A stretch of DNA of 30,612 nucleotides from the IMG/VR virus record IMGVR_UViG_2859827302_000008, one strand, 5' to 3'. This document shows, piece by piece, positions 1 through 9,661 of the stretch. The notes under the pieces were generated by a model. The model was not told where the DNA came from and searched no databases. It saw only the letters and a program-made list of their open reading frames with translations. Source of the DNA: a virus (lineage: Duplodnaviria > Heunggongvirae > Uroviricota > Caudoviricetes). Positions within the stretch are counted from its first letter, which is position 1, and each line of letters begins with the position of its first letter. A program made the translations under genes and the position numbers.

Positions 1-660
<660 letters not shown>

Positions 661-663
661 CAC

Positions 664-1302
664 GCCAGAGTTTTATTTGAGATCGCAAACAGGGAGGTGG
701 CTTATTACAACATAAGGCAGGAGTTTAATTACTCAACTGAAATTACTGATTTCATGAAAGCGGTATATTTCCTGTATCTCAATCGTCACGGTTACCGTGG
801 TTTATGTCGCTATAACAAGAGCGGGCATTTCAACATTCCCTACGGCAATTATAAAAATCCGTATTTCCCTGAAAAAGAAATTCGCGCATTTGCAGAAAAA
901 GCCCAGCGAGCAACGTTTATCTGCGCCAGCTTTGATGAAACGCTGGCGATGTTGAAGGCGGGGGATGTGGTGTATTGCGATCCACCGTATGACGGTACGT
1001 TTTCCGGCTATCACACTGATGGTTTCACTGAAGATGACCAGTATCACCTAGCATCCGTTCTTGAACATCGGTCATCAGAAGGACATCCGGTCATTGTTTC
1101 TAACAGTGACACATCCCTGATCCGTTCGCTGTATTGCAATTTTACTCACCACTATATCAAGGTAAAACGCAGCATCGGTGTGGCAGCTGGCGAGGGTAAA
1201 TCAGCAACAGAAATCATTGCTGTTTCCGGGCCGCGCTGCTGGGTGGGATTTGATTATTCGCGTGGCGTGGATAGTTCTGCCGTGTACGGAGTACGTGCAT
1301 GA
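664..1302 (+). pseudogene. Dam-family N6-adenine DNA methyltransferase, 5'-truncated
   Basis: Translation aligns with the C-terminal two thirds of Dam (…[16 protein letters not shown]…, catalytic DPPY in VYCDPPYDG). The N-terminal SAM-binding region is absent. The stop overlaps the gene A start (ATGA at 1299..1302). Confidence 0.8.
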
Positions 1303-2823
1303 GCCATGCCGATATGAACAACTGCTGCGGCTTTAACGAGGCTGCCGCAGCGTTCTCATGGAACAGCCCGAAAAAGGCCATTAACCCTTATCTGGACCCG
1401 GCGGAAGTTGCGCCGGTTTCTGCGCTTTCAAACCTGATCACTCTGTACGCTGCCGATAACGAGCAGGAACAGTTGCGCCGCGAGGCACTGAGTGATCAGG
1501 TCTGGGAGCGTTATTTTTTTTATGAATCACGTGATCCTGTCCAGCACGAAATGGAGCAGGATAAGCTCATTAGCCGGGCAAAGCTGGCGCATGAGCAGCA
1601 GCGTTTTAATCCGGATATGGTCATTCTGGCGGACGTCAACGCCCAGCCTTCCCATATCAGCAAGCCGCTGATGCAACGTATTGAATACTTCAGCAGCCTA
1701 GGCAGGCCAAAGGCTTATTCCCGCTATTTACGTGAGACGATTAAGCCATGTCTGGAACGACTGGAGCATGTACGCGACAGCCAGCTATCTGCATCTTTTC
1801 GTTTTATGGCAAGCCATGTAGGGCTGGACGGCCTGCTGATTCTGCCTGAAATGAGTCAGGATCAGGTGAAACGCCTGTCTACCCTTGTCGCTGCGCATAT
1901 GAGCATGTGCCTTGATGCAGCTTGTGGTGATTTGTATGCCACCGATGACGTTAAGCCAGAAGAAATCCGCAAGACATGGGAAAAGGTGGCAGCGGAAACC
2001 CTGCGTCTGGATGTCATCCCGCCTGCGTTTGAGCTACTCCGTCGGAAAAGAAACCGCCGTAAACCCGTGCCCTATGAACTCATTCCGGGTTCGCTGGCGC
2101 GTATGTTGTGCGCCGACTGGTGGTACCGGAAATTATGGAAAATGCGTTGCGAATGGCGGGAAGAGCAGTTGCGTGCTGTCTGCCTGGTCAGCAAAAAAGC
2201 ATCTCCCTATGTCAGCTATGAAGCCGTGATGCATAAACGTGAGCAGCGCCGCAAGTCATTGGAGTTTTTCCGTTCTCATGAACTGGTGAACGAAGAGGGC
2301 GACACGCTGGATATGGAAGACGTGGTAAACGCCAGCAGCAGCAACCCGGCGCACCGCCGCAATGAGATGATGGCCTGTGTTAAAGGTCTGGAGCTTATCG
2401 CGGAAATGCGCGGTGACTGCGCCGTTTTCTACACCATTACCTGTCCGTCACGTTTCCATTCCACGCTCAATAACGGCAGACCAAACCCAACCTGGACAAA
2501 TGCGACGGTAAGACAAAGCAGCGATTATCTGGTCGGCATGTTTGCTGCATTTCGTAAGGCGATGCACAAAGCCGGGTTGCGCTGGTATGGCGTGCGGGTG
2601 GCTGAGCCGCATCATGACGGTACAGTTCACTGGCACCTGTTGTGTTTTATGCGCAAAAAAGACCGCCGCGCCATTACTGCATTGTTGCGTAAGTTTGCCA
2701 TCCGTGAAGACCGCGAGGAACTGGGTAATAACACTGGTCCACGCTTTAAATATGAGCTGATAAACCCGCGCAAAGGAACGCCGACAAGCTACATCGCGAA
2801 ATACATCAGTAAGAACATTGACG
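1299..2823 (+). pseudogene. A: P2-type replication initiation gene A, 5' part, interrupted by IS66-family element
   Basis: Translation carries rolling-circle initiator motifs (…[10 protein letters not shown]…, …[13 protein letters not shown]…, …[12 protein letters not shown]). The frame runs into the IS terminus at 2824. Confidence 0.85.
2816..2823. repeat. Target-site duplication CATTGACG, left copy
   Basis: Identical 8-mer immediately flanks both ends of the IS66-family element (2816..2823 and 5265..5272). Confidence 0.8.
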
Positions 2824-2915
2824 GTAAGCGTACAGCCTGAACCGTCTGGTCAGAATCTGACGAATTAGACAAAGTGGTGTCCACCAAATAAGTAGTGGGA
2901 ACCAAAGTGTCAGAT

Positions 2916-3296
2916 ATGCAGAAAAATGTGAATCCCGGCAGGCGAAAAGGCTGCCCTAATTATCCTCCCGAATTTAAACAGCAGCTCGTTGCTGCCTCCT
3001 GTGAACCCGGGATATCCATCTCAAAACTTGCTCTTGAAAATGGCATTAACGCCAATCTGTTGTTCAAATGGCGACAACAATGGCGCGAGGGAAAGCTGCT
3101 ATTACCTTCTTCAGAGAGCCCCCAGCTACTTCCTGTGACTCTCGATGCAGCTGCCGAACAGCCAGAATCGCTCGCAGAGGATCCGGAAACCCTCAGTATC
3201 AGCTGTGAGGTAACGTTCCGGCACGGGACGCTCCGCTTCAATGGCAATGTCAGCGAAAAGCTCCTGACTCTGCTGATACAGGAACTGAAGCGATGA
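2916..3296 (+). CDS. tnpA: IS66-family accessory protein TnpA
   Basis: First ORF inside the IS; start taken as ATG 2916 (ORF track uses GTG 2895). Stop overlaps the tnpB start (ATGA). Confidence 0.65.
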   Translation: MQKNVNPGRRKGCPNYPPEFKQQLVAASCEPGISISKLALENGINANLLFKWRQQWREGKLLLPSSESPQLLPVTLDAAAEQPESLAEDPETLSISCEVTFRHGTLRFNGNVSEKLLTLLIQELKR

Positions 3297-3640
3297 TCCC
3301 GTTACCTTCCGGGACCAAAATTTGGCTGGTTGCCGGTATCACCGATATGAGAAATGGCTTCAACGGCCTGGCGGCAAAGGTGCAGACGACGCTGAAAGAC
3401 GATCCGATGTCAGGTCACGTTTTTATCTTCCGTGGGCGTTATGGCAGTCAGGTAAAGCTCCTCTGGTCTACCGGCGATGGACTGTGTCTGCTGACCAAAC
3501 GGCTGGAGCGCGGCCGCTTCGCCTGGCCGTCAGCCCGGGATGGCAAAGTGTTCCTCACACCGGCACAGCTGGCGATGCTCCTTGAAGGTATCGACTGGCG
3601 GCAGCCTAAAAGACTGCTTACGTCCCTGACTATGTTGTAA
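3293..3640 (+). CDS. tnpB: IS66-family Orf2 (TnpB)
   Basis: 115-aa ORF in the conserved middle position of IS66 elements, translationally coupled to tnpA. Confidence 0.7.
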   Translation: MIPLPSGTKIWLVAGITDMRNGFNGLAAKVQTTLKDDPMSGHVFIFRGRYGSQVKLLWSTGDGLCLLTKRLERGRFAWPSARDGKVFLTPAQLAMLLEGIDWRQPKRLLTSLTML

Positions 3641-3688
3641 GCCTCTTTATCCTGGTCGACGCTGAATGAGCCTGGTAATATACCCGGT

Positions 3689-5227
3689 ATGAGCAGCTCA
3701 CTTCCTGACGATATCAATGCACTGAAACGTCTCCTTGCCGAACAGGAGGCGCTGAACCGTGCCCTGCTGGAAAAGCTGAACGAGCGTGAACGCGAAATAG
3801 ACCATCTGCAGGCACAGCTGGATAAGCTGCGCCGGATGAACTTCGGCAGCCGCTCCGAAAAAGTCTCCCGTCGTATCGCACAGATGGAAGCTGACCTGAA
3901 GGCACTTCAGAAAGAAAGTGATACCCTTACCGGTCGGGTTGACGACCCGGCCGTGCAGCGCCCGCTGCGTCAAACCCGCACCCGCAAACCGTTCCCCGAA
4001 TCACTCCCCCGCGATGAAAAACGGCTGCTGCCGGCAGCGTCATGCTGCCCGGAATGTGGAGGCTCACTGAGCTATCCGGGTGAGGATGCCGCCGAACAGC
4101 TGGAGTTGATGCGCAGCGTCTTCCGGGTTATCCGGACTGTACGTGAAAAGCATGCCTGTACTCAGTGCGATGCCATCGTGCAGGCCCCCGCGCCTTCACG
4201 GCCCATCGAGCGGGGTATCGCAGGACCGGGGCTGCTGGCCCGCGTGCTGATCTCAAAGTATGCAGAGCACACCCCGCTGTACCGCCAGTCTGAAATGTAC
4301 GGCCGCCAGGGCGTGGAGCTGAGTCGTTCACTGCTGTCGGGCTGGGTGGATGCATGCTGCCGGCTACTGTCACCGCTGGAAGAAGCGCTTCAGGATTATG
4401 TGCTGACTGACGGTAAGCTCCATGCTGATGACACGCCTGTCCCGGTGCTGTTGCCAGGCAATAAGAAAACGAAGACCGGGCGGTTATGGACCTACGTTCG
4501 TGACGACCGTAACGCCGGGTCAACGCTGGCGCCGGCGGTGTGGTTCGCTTACAGCCCGGACAGAAAAGGCATCCATCCGCAGACCCATCTTGCGGGGTTC
4601 AGTGGTGTACTGCAGGCGGATGCATACGCCGGGTTCAACGAGCTGTACCGGGATGGCCGGATAACGGAAGCCGCCTGTTGGGCTCACGCCCGCCGTAAAA
4701 TCCACGATGTGCACGTTCGCACCCCGTCAGCCCTGACGGAGGAAGCGCTGAAACGGATCGGCGAACTGTACGCCATCGAGGCAGAGATAAGGGGAATGAC
4801 GGCGGAGCAGCGCCTTGCCGAACGTCAGTTGAAAACGAAACCGCTGCTGAAATCCCTGGAAAGCTGGCTGCGTGAAAAGATGAAAACCCTGTCGCGACAC
4901 TCAGAACTGGCGAAAGCGTTCGCATACGCCCTGAACCAGTGGCCGGCGCTGACGTACTATGCAGATGATGGCTGGGCTGAGGCGGACAATAACATCGCTG
5001 AAAATGCGTTGCGGATGGTCAGTCTGGGCCGCAAAAACTACCTGTTCTTCGGTTCGGATCATGGAGGAGAGCGGGGAGCGCTGCTGTACAGCCTGATCGG
5101 GACGTGCAAACTGAACGGAGTGGAGCCAGAAAGCTACCTCCGCTATGTCCTTGACGTCATAGCCGACTGGCCGATAAACCGGGTCGGCGAACTGCTCCCC
5201 TGGCGCGTAGCACTGCCGACTGAATAA
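3689..5227 (+). CDS. tnpC: IS66-family transposase TnpC
   Basis: 512-aa ORF with N-terminal coiled-coil, CxxC…CxxC zinc-finger-like motif (CCPECGG…CTQCD) and DDE-type core, ending just inside the right inverted repeat. Confidence 0.85.
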   Translation: MSSSLPDDINALKRLLAEQEALNRALLEKLNEREREIDHLQAQLDKLRRMNFGSRSEKVSRRIAQMEADLKALQKESDTLTGRVDDPAVQRPLRQTRTRKPFPESLPRDEKRLLPAASCCPECGGSLSYPGEDAAEQLELMRSVFRVIRTVREKHACTQCDAIVQAPAPSRPIERGIAGPGLLARVLISKYAEHTPLYRQSEMYGRQGVELSRSLLSGWVDACCRLLSPLEEALQDYVLTDGKLHADDTPVPVLLPGNKKTKTGRLWTYVRDDRNAGSTLAPAVWFAYSPDRKGIHPQTHLAGFSGVLQADAYAGFNELYRDGRITEAACWAHARRKIHDVHVRTPSALTEEALKRIGELYAIEAEIRGMTAEQRLAERQLKTKPLLKSLESWLREKMKTLSRHSELAKAFAYALNQWPALTYYADDGWAEADNNIAENALRMVSLGRKNYLFFGSDHGGERGALLYSLIGTCKLNGVEPESYLRYVLDVIADWPINRVGELLPWRVALPTE

Positions 5228-5264
5228 CACATCCCCGTCAATACGGTTCTTGCTGCACGCTTAC

Positions 5265-5272
5265 CATTGACG
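5265..5272. repeat. Target-site duplication CATTGACG, right copy
   Basis: Exact copy of 2816..2823 immediately after the IS right end. Confidence 0.8.
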
Positions 5273-6162
5273 GGCGTGGTCTGGCTGGCGAGATCAGCAA
5301 GGAAACGGGTAAATCCCTGCGTGATAACGCTGAATACGTTAATCCCTGGGCGTCTCTGCATCGTGTTCAGCAATTCCGCTTCTTTGGTATTCCAGGGCGT
5401 CAGGCTTACCGTGAACTGCGGTTGTTGGCTGGTCAGGCGGCAAGGCAGCAGGGTGACAAAAAAGCAGGTGCGCCGGTACTGGATAACCCGCGCCTTGATG
5501 CCATCCTGGCTGCTGCTGATGCTGGCTGTTTTGCCACCTACATTATGAGGCAGGGCGGCGTGCTGGTTCCTCGCAAATATCACTTGATCAGAACCGCTTA
5601 TGAAATCAATGAAGAGCCGACCGCCTATGGCGATCACGGTATTCGTATTTATGGCATCTGGTCACCCATTGCAGAAGGCAAGATCTGCACTCATGCAGTG
5701 AAGTGGAAAATGGTTCGTAAAGCCGTTGACGTTCAGGAGGCGGCAGCCGACCAGGGCGCTTGCGCCCCTTGGACTCGTGGCAATAACTGTCCCCTTGCTG
5801 AAAATTTGAACCAACAGGAGAAAGATAAATCAGCTGATGGGAACCCCAGAACGGACATTACCAGCATGGATGACAAGGAGTTGCACGATTACCTGCACAG
5901 TATGAGCAAAAAAGAGCGCCGGGAACTGGCAGCAAGGTTACGCCTGGTGAAACCGAAACGGCGTAAAGACTACAAACAGCGAATTACAGACCATCAGCGA
6001 CTGCAGCTCGTGTATGAGCTGAAGTCCAGAGGATTTGATGGCAGCGAGAAAGAGGTCGATTTACTCCTTCGCGGAGGCAGTATTCCGTCAGGAGCAGGCC
6101 TGCGTATCTTCTATCGGAACCAGCGTTTGCAGGAAGATGATCAGTGGCGGAACCTATATTAA
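5273..6162 (+). pseudogene. A: P2-type replication initiation gene A, 3' part
   Basis: Joining 2823 to 5273 restores a continuous frame (…KNIDG|[25 protein letters not shown]…); downstream ORF to 6162 continues gpA-like sequence. Confidence 0.8.
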
Positions 6163-6253
6163 TTACGCGGGTTAACAATTCGTGCTCTTAATAATACCAG
6201 GCATATCAGGCTGATGAACGTAAAAAACGTTTTACATCAGTAAGATTATTATA

Positions 6254-6273
6254 TACTGTAAATATAAACAGTG
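6254..6273. promoter_or_regulatory. LexA (SOS) box-like operator TACTGTAAATATAAACAGTG
   Basis: CTGT-N8-ACAG palindrome matching the recalled E. coli LexA consensus TACTGTATATATATACAGTA at 17 of 20 positions; sits about 40 bp upstream of the ATG at 6315. Confidence 0.55.
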
Positions 6274-6314
6274 GTTATGCATGCAGTATTGCGTGTGGTG
6301 TCATAGGAGGAAAG

Positions 6315-6503
6315 ATGCAGGACTATTTTTTGGAGTCTTTGAAGCTCCAGCGCATTGATTTTTTTCTTAAGCTTGTAGCGGCTAGTGAGTGTAGTGATGA
6401 AGAGAAGGGGCTGGCTCTGCAGTGGGTTTCTGAATTGACTGATGAACTCATGGCAAAAATCAGAACCCACGAATACAACCGCTCAATGGATGTCATCAGC
6501 TGA
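6315..6503 (+). CDS. Hypothetical small protein (62 aa), first gene of the putative SOS-regulated operon
   Basis: ORF preceded by a strong AGGAGG ribosome-binding site (6302..6307). No motif recognised. Confidence 0.5.
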   Translation: MQDYFLESLKLQRIDFFLKLVAASECSDEEKGLALQWVSELTDELMAKIRTHEYNRSMDVIS

Positions 6504-6513
6504 GGTGACTTTT

Positions 6514-6747
6514 ATGCGCATTGAAATAATGATCGATAAAGAGCAGAAGATTAGCCAGTCTACCCTGGACGCTCTTGAATCCGAGCTTTACCGCAATCTG
6601 CGCCCTCTGTATCCCAAAACGGTAATTCGTATCCGCAAAGGTAGCTCTAACGGTGTGGAACTTACCGGATTGCAACTGGACGAAGAAAGAAAACAAGTGA
6701 TGAAAATTATGCAGAAGGTGTGGGAAGACGACAGCTGGCTGCATTAA
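6514..6747 (+). CDS. dinI: DinI-family protein (damage-inducible protein I-like)
   Basis: Translation MRIEIMIDKEQKISQSTLDALESELYRNL…KIMQKVWEDDSWLH resembles E. coli DinI in length (77 aa) and conserved positions. GAGGTGA ribosome-binding site 6 nt upstream of ATG 6514; the ORF track's upstream start at 6442 is in the same frame. Confidence 0.8.
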   Translation: MRIEIMIDKEQKISQSTLDALESELYRNLRPLYPKTVIRIRKGSSNGVELTGLQLDEERKQVMKIMQKVWEDDSWLH

Positions 6748-6882
6748 GAAACGTTGCTGGCGTCTGAACTAGCTTCTGGCGTCAGCAAGGTTGAACAACG
6801 AGCCCTTGCGAGGCGTTAGCTCTGTAGTGCATGTCTATGCTGCATGAGATCGCATGATCGTTTGAGGATCGTTTTTGCTAAG

Positions 6883-6908
6883 GCCCGCCAGAACTGGCGG
6901 GCTTTTGC
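6883..6908 (+). terminator. Rho-independent terminator after the dinI-like operon
   Basis: GC-rich hairpin GCCCGCC-agaact-GGCGGGC followed by TTTTG. Confidence 0.55.
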
Positions 6909-6969
6909 GTAGATCATGCAGGTGCATGAAAACCACTACATAAAGCGGGCAGGCGTGGCGGGGATACGA

Positions 6970-6997
6970 TTGCGCGCTAGGTATAAGTGTGTAAAAT
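6970..6997 (+). promoter_or_regulatory. Possible sigma70 promoter of the ATPase/HNH operon (-35 TTGCGC, -10 TAAAAT, 16-bp spacer)
   Basis: Hexamers read by eye about 45 bp upstream of ATG 7040; not supported by any other evidence. Confidence 0.25.
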
Positions 6998-7039
6998 AAT
7001 TCCAAAATAAATCATCACTAATGAAGTGAGAGGGTAATA

Positions 7040-8689
7040 ATGTTAGTCAAGAAAAATAAAAATTATAGTTTATATTTTTTAATTACAAATAATCAACAGA
7101 TATCTGATTCTGGTAATTATATAAAAATAGTCCCATCAAGAAGCGATTGGAATGATTTTGGATATTTGAGTAGAGTCGAAATATCTATTTTTAATAAAAA
7201 AGAGTGTAAGGATATAATTTCACTGAATGGTTATATTGGTTTTTTGAATTCAGAGGAGGAACGAAATGGAAAAGCAGAACTGATAAGGCGAGTGAAAAAA
7301 AAGGAAGAATCTAATTTAAAGGATGAGGGGTTTAATGATTATTTTGTCATGCTTCAGGATATGAATAATTATCGAAGACTAGTAAGATTTTTTGGGGTGA
7401 ATGAATCCAAATATATATTAAATTTCATTAATGATGTTGTTTCTAAGAAAAGTGACGCTAGTGCAGAGAATTTGAGGAAAAAAGCAATCTCTTCTGATAT
7501 CTTTAATAAATCTTTCATTAGAGAGTCTGAGTCGTATTTTACTTTCAAAAATGCAGGAACAGTTCTTTCCGGTATTCAATATGAGGAGTTGGGTAATTTA
7601 TCACAGCACATCAAGATTAGCTATTCGAATAAAGTTAATGAAGAAGATGTATCTTATGTTTTTAATTTTGATCACGAGCATGATTTACCAAAAAGAATTT
7701 CCATAATTATAGGCGAGAATGGTGTAGGAAAAAGCCAAACGCTTAGAGAAATCGCATTGGCTGCGATTAAAGGAAAGGATAATTTGGTGGCTGTAGTTGA
7801 TTCTAACGGTGTGAGCATTGAAGAACGAATTCAAATTAGTAGGCTCATTGCTTTTTCTCCAACAAATGAAAGTAAGTGTTCATTTCCAACCGATAAAAGA
7901 ATAAAATCATTGATATGGTACAAAAGATTGACTTTAAATCGTGAATCAAAATCCAAATTAAACTTGAATGATTTAATAGTGCAACTAGCGAGGAGTAACG
8001 ACGCTATCGGCTATAATCAAAGGTGGAATATATTTGTTGATGCACTGAGTGTTCTAAATAGTAACAACGATTTAGTAATCAAATGTGGCGGTGAAAATTC
8101 ACCATTTGTTAAATTAAATGAGCTTAATTCTCGAGGCGAAGAATCTAGACTATCATTATATTCTGAAATTATTCTCTCTGGCGAGCCTTTGAGGCTTATT
8201 GAAAATAAATGTTACCCTTTGAGTAGTGGGGAAATATCGTTTATTAAGTTTTGTGTACAAGTCTGTTTGTATATTGAGAATGGGACTCTTCTATTAATAG
8301 ATGAGCCAGAAACACATCTCCATCCTTCATTTATTAATAAATTTATGGCATTGCTTGATAATTTATTAGAAAAGACAGGCTCTTCAGCTATCATAGCAAC
8401 GCATTCGGTTTATCTTGTTCGGGAGGTTTTTAAGGAGCAAGTGACAATACTCAGAAGACGAGATGATGGGGTAATTGTTAGCGAAAAACCGAGATTGAGT
8501 ACTTTTGGGGCGAATATAGGAAATATCTCATATTTTGTTTTCGGTGAGAGTGAACCAACTCAAATTTTAAATAAAGTAAAAAACAATATAATTGCAAAGA
8601 ATATGTCTTGGGATGATGTTGAATCTAAATATAGCGAGGACTTATCACTTAATGTATTAACTGCGTTGAGAAATGAAATGGGCAATTGA
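7040..8689 (+). CDS. ABC-type (AAA_15/AAA_21-like) ATPase with unassigned ~220-aa N-terminal domain; candidate defence ATPase (PtuA-like)
   Basis: 549-aa ORF with GAGAGGG ribosome-binding site. Walker A GENGVGKS (aa ~225-232), signature-like LSSGE (~395), Walker B LLLIDEPE (~417-424), H-loop ATHS (~453). Gene is strongly AT-rich. Confidence 0.85.
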   Translation: MLVKKNKNYSLYFLITNNQQISDSGNYIKIVPSRSDWNDFGYLSRVEISIFNKKECKDIISLNGYIGFLNSEEERNGKAELIRRVKKKEESNLKDEGFNDYFVMLQDMNNYRRLVRFFGVNESKYILNFINDVVSKKSDASAENLRKKAISSDIFNKSFIRESESYFTFKNAGTVLSGIQYEELGNLSQHIKISYSNKVNEEDVSYVFNFDHEHDLPKRISIIIGENGVGKSQTLREIALAAIKGKDNLVAVVDSNGVSIEERIQISRLIAFSPTNESKCSFPTDKRIKSLIWYKRLTLNRESKSKLNLNDLIVQLARSNDAIGYNQRWNIFVDALSVLNSNNDLVIKCGGENSPFVKLNELNSRGEESRLSLYSEIILSGEPLRLIENKCYPLSSGEISFIKFCVQVCLYIENGTLLLIDEPETHLHPSFINKFMALLDNLLEKTGSSAIIATHSVYLVREVFKEQVTILRRRDDGVIVSEKPRLSTFGANIGNISYFVFGESEPTQILNKVKNNIIAKNMSWDDVESKYSEDLSLNVLTALRNEMGN

Positions 8690-9554
8690 AATGAATAAAT
8701 TAAAAAGACCTGTTTTTAAAGATTATTCTGCATTTAAAAAACTATCTGCAAATAAGAGATTAAAACATCATTCTGTTCTGAATGGACAGGATACATTTAT
8801 ACTTAATGCATATAGATCGTACATAAAGAATAAAGGGTATCTTAATGTCAATTCTTGTGGCGTATTGAGTAACAATATTGCTGAAGCTTTGAGATATTAT
8901 TATAACAATCCCGCAAAGTGTTTATCTATAATTGATGATATAAGAGCAGCTAATTCTAACTCTCTATGTCCAATGTGTGGTTCAATGCATAGCGGGACTT
9001 TGGATCATGTTTTACCCAAGGAAAACTATCCAGAATTTTCTTTATTCACTAAGAATTTGGTTCCTGCTTGCAAATGTAATACTTTCAAAAGTACTACTAT
9101 AGCTAATTCTGCAGGCCATCGGATGCTGCATCCATATTTTGATAATATATTAAAACAAAGATTAATATGTGCTAATTTTTCTAAATTAGGGCGAACACCT
9201 ACAATTGATGTAAAAATCATAATTGACCCAATGTCACCAGAATATAACAATGTTAAGTATCATCTTGATAATGTTGTTATCAAGAATAATATTAAGGGGT
9301 ATTTGTCTGAACAATGGGAGTCGTTTTACTTATATCCTGAGCTTGTTATTAGAGGACTGAATAAGAGTCTTTCTACTTATAGCGATGTATATGAGTTGTT
9401 GACTCGCGAGTTGTTGCTGTTGGATGAAAAACATAAAGGTAAAAATAATTGGAATTCGGTTTTTGTAGCTGGGTTAATTCGACCTGATGTGATTAGGTGG
9501 ATACTCTGTGAATTACATTTAGGTAACAGAAGTCCAGACGGTCGTCTCATATGA
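8673..9554 (+). CDS. HNH-family nuclease (His-Me finger with Cys4 zinc site); candidate defence effector (PtuB-like)
   Basis: 293-aa ORF overlapping the ATPase stop by 17 nt (alternative start ATG 8691 directly after the stop). Motif CPMCGS…GTLDHVLPKEN…NLVPACKCN…H matches the CxxC…DH…N…CxCN HNH layout. Confidence 0.8.
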   Translation: MKWAIEMNKLKRPVFKDYSAFKKLSANKRLKHHSVLNGQDTFILNAYRSYIKNKGYLNVNSCGVLSNNIAEALRYYYNNPAKCLSIIDDIRAANSNSLCPMCGSMHSGTLDHVLPKENYPEFSLFTKNLVPACKCNTFKSTTIANSAGHRMLHPYFDNILKQRLICANFSKLGRTPTIDVKIIIDPMSPEYNNVKYHLDNVVIKNNIKGYLSEQWESFYLYPELVIRGLNKSLSTYSDVYELLTRELLLLDEKHKGKNNWNSVFVAGLIRPDVIRWILCELHLGNRSPDGRLI

Positions 9555-9564
9555 TTTTTTGCAT

Positions 9565-9590
9565 CTTCAGCGTGTATCTGCACGCTGAAG
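9565..9590. other. Perfect 10-bp inverted repeat (stem-loop) between convergent HNH gene and portal gene
   Basis: CTTCAGCGTG-tatctg-CACGCTGAAG. A T-run precedes it on the plus strand, but no U-tract follows it on either strand, so it is not a canonical terminator. Confidence 0.4.
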
Positions 9591-9661
9591 AAATTCATAA
9601 AAACTGCTGCCTATTAATAAAATTTTTTAGCTGAGTTAAAGAACCTCATTTAGTGATTACG

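Larger units (their letters stand above)
2824..5264 (+). mobile_element. IS66-family insertion sequence (tnpA-tnpB-tnpC), complete with imperfect terminal inverted repeats
   Basis: Left end GTAAGCGTACAGC… at 2824, right end …GCTGCACGCTTAC at 5264 (reverse complement GTAAGCGTGCAGC). Three-ORF organisation typical of IS66. Flanked by the 8-bp direct repeat. Confidence 0.85.

Noticed and set aside
697-699. GTG at 697 reported as the start of the dam ORF
   Set aside because: Dam-like similarity is detectable upstream of this codon and the protein lacks its entire N-terminal domain, so this is not a genuine initiation site. The gene is annotated as a 5'-truncated pseudogene instead.
1912-2229. 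105-aa plus-strand ORF in an alternative frame inside gene A
   Set aside because: Fully embedded in the gpA reading frame, which is supported by conserved motifs; the alternative frame gives a Cys/Arg-rich artefact-like peptide.
5143-5637. 164-aa minus-strand ORF spanning the IS66 right end and gene A 3' fragment
   Set aside because: Crosses the IS boundary and is antisense to both the transposase and gpA; no plausible function.
6750-6910. Possible small RNA gene in the GC-rich non-coding stretch ending at the terminator
   Set aside because: Apart from the terminator, the direct repeats CTGGCGTC (6758..6765 and 6776..6783) and the GATC cluster, I see no promoter or conserved structure to support an independent RNA gene. 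It is more simply the 3' UTR of the dinI-like operon.
9565-9590. Hairpin as a rho-independent terminator for the defence operon
   Set aside because: No U-tract follows the stem on either strand, so it is kept only as an inverted repeat.
8212-9598. Short minus-strand ORFs (60 to 74 aa) within the ATPase and HNH genes
   Set aside because: In AT-rich DNA, random open frames of this size are expected. They are antisense to the coding genes and lack ribosome-binding sites.
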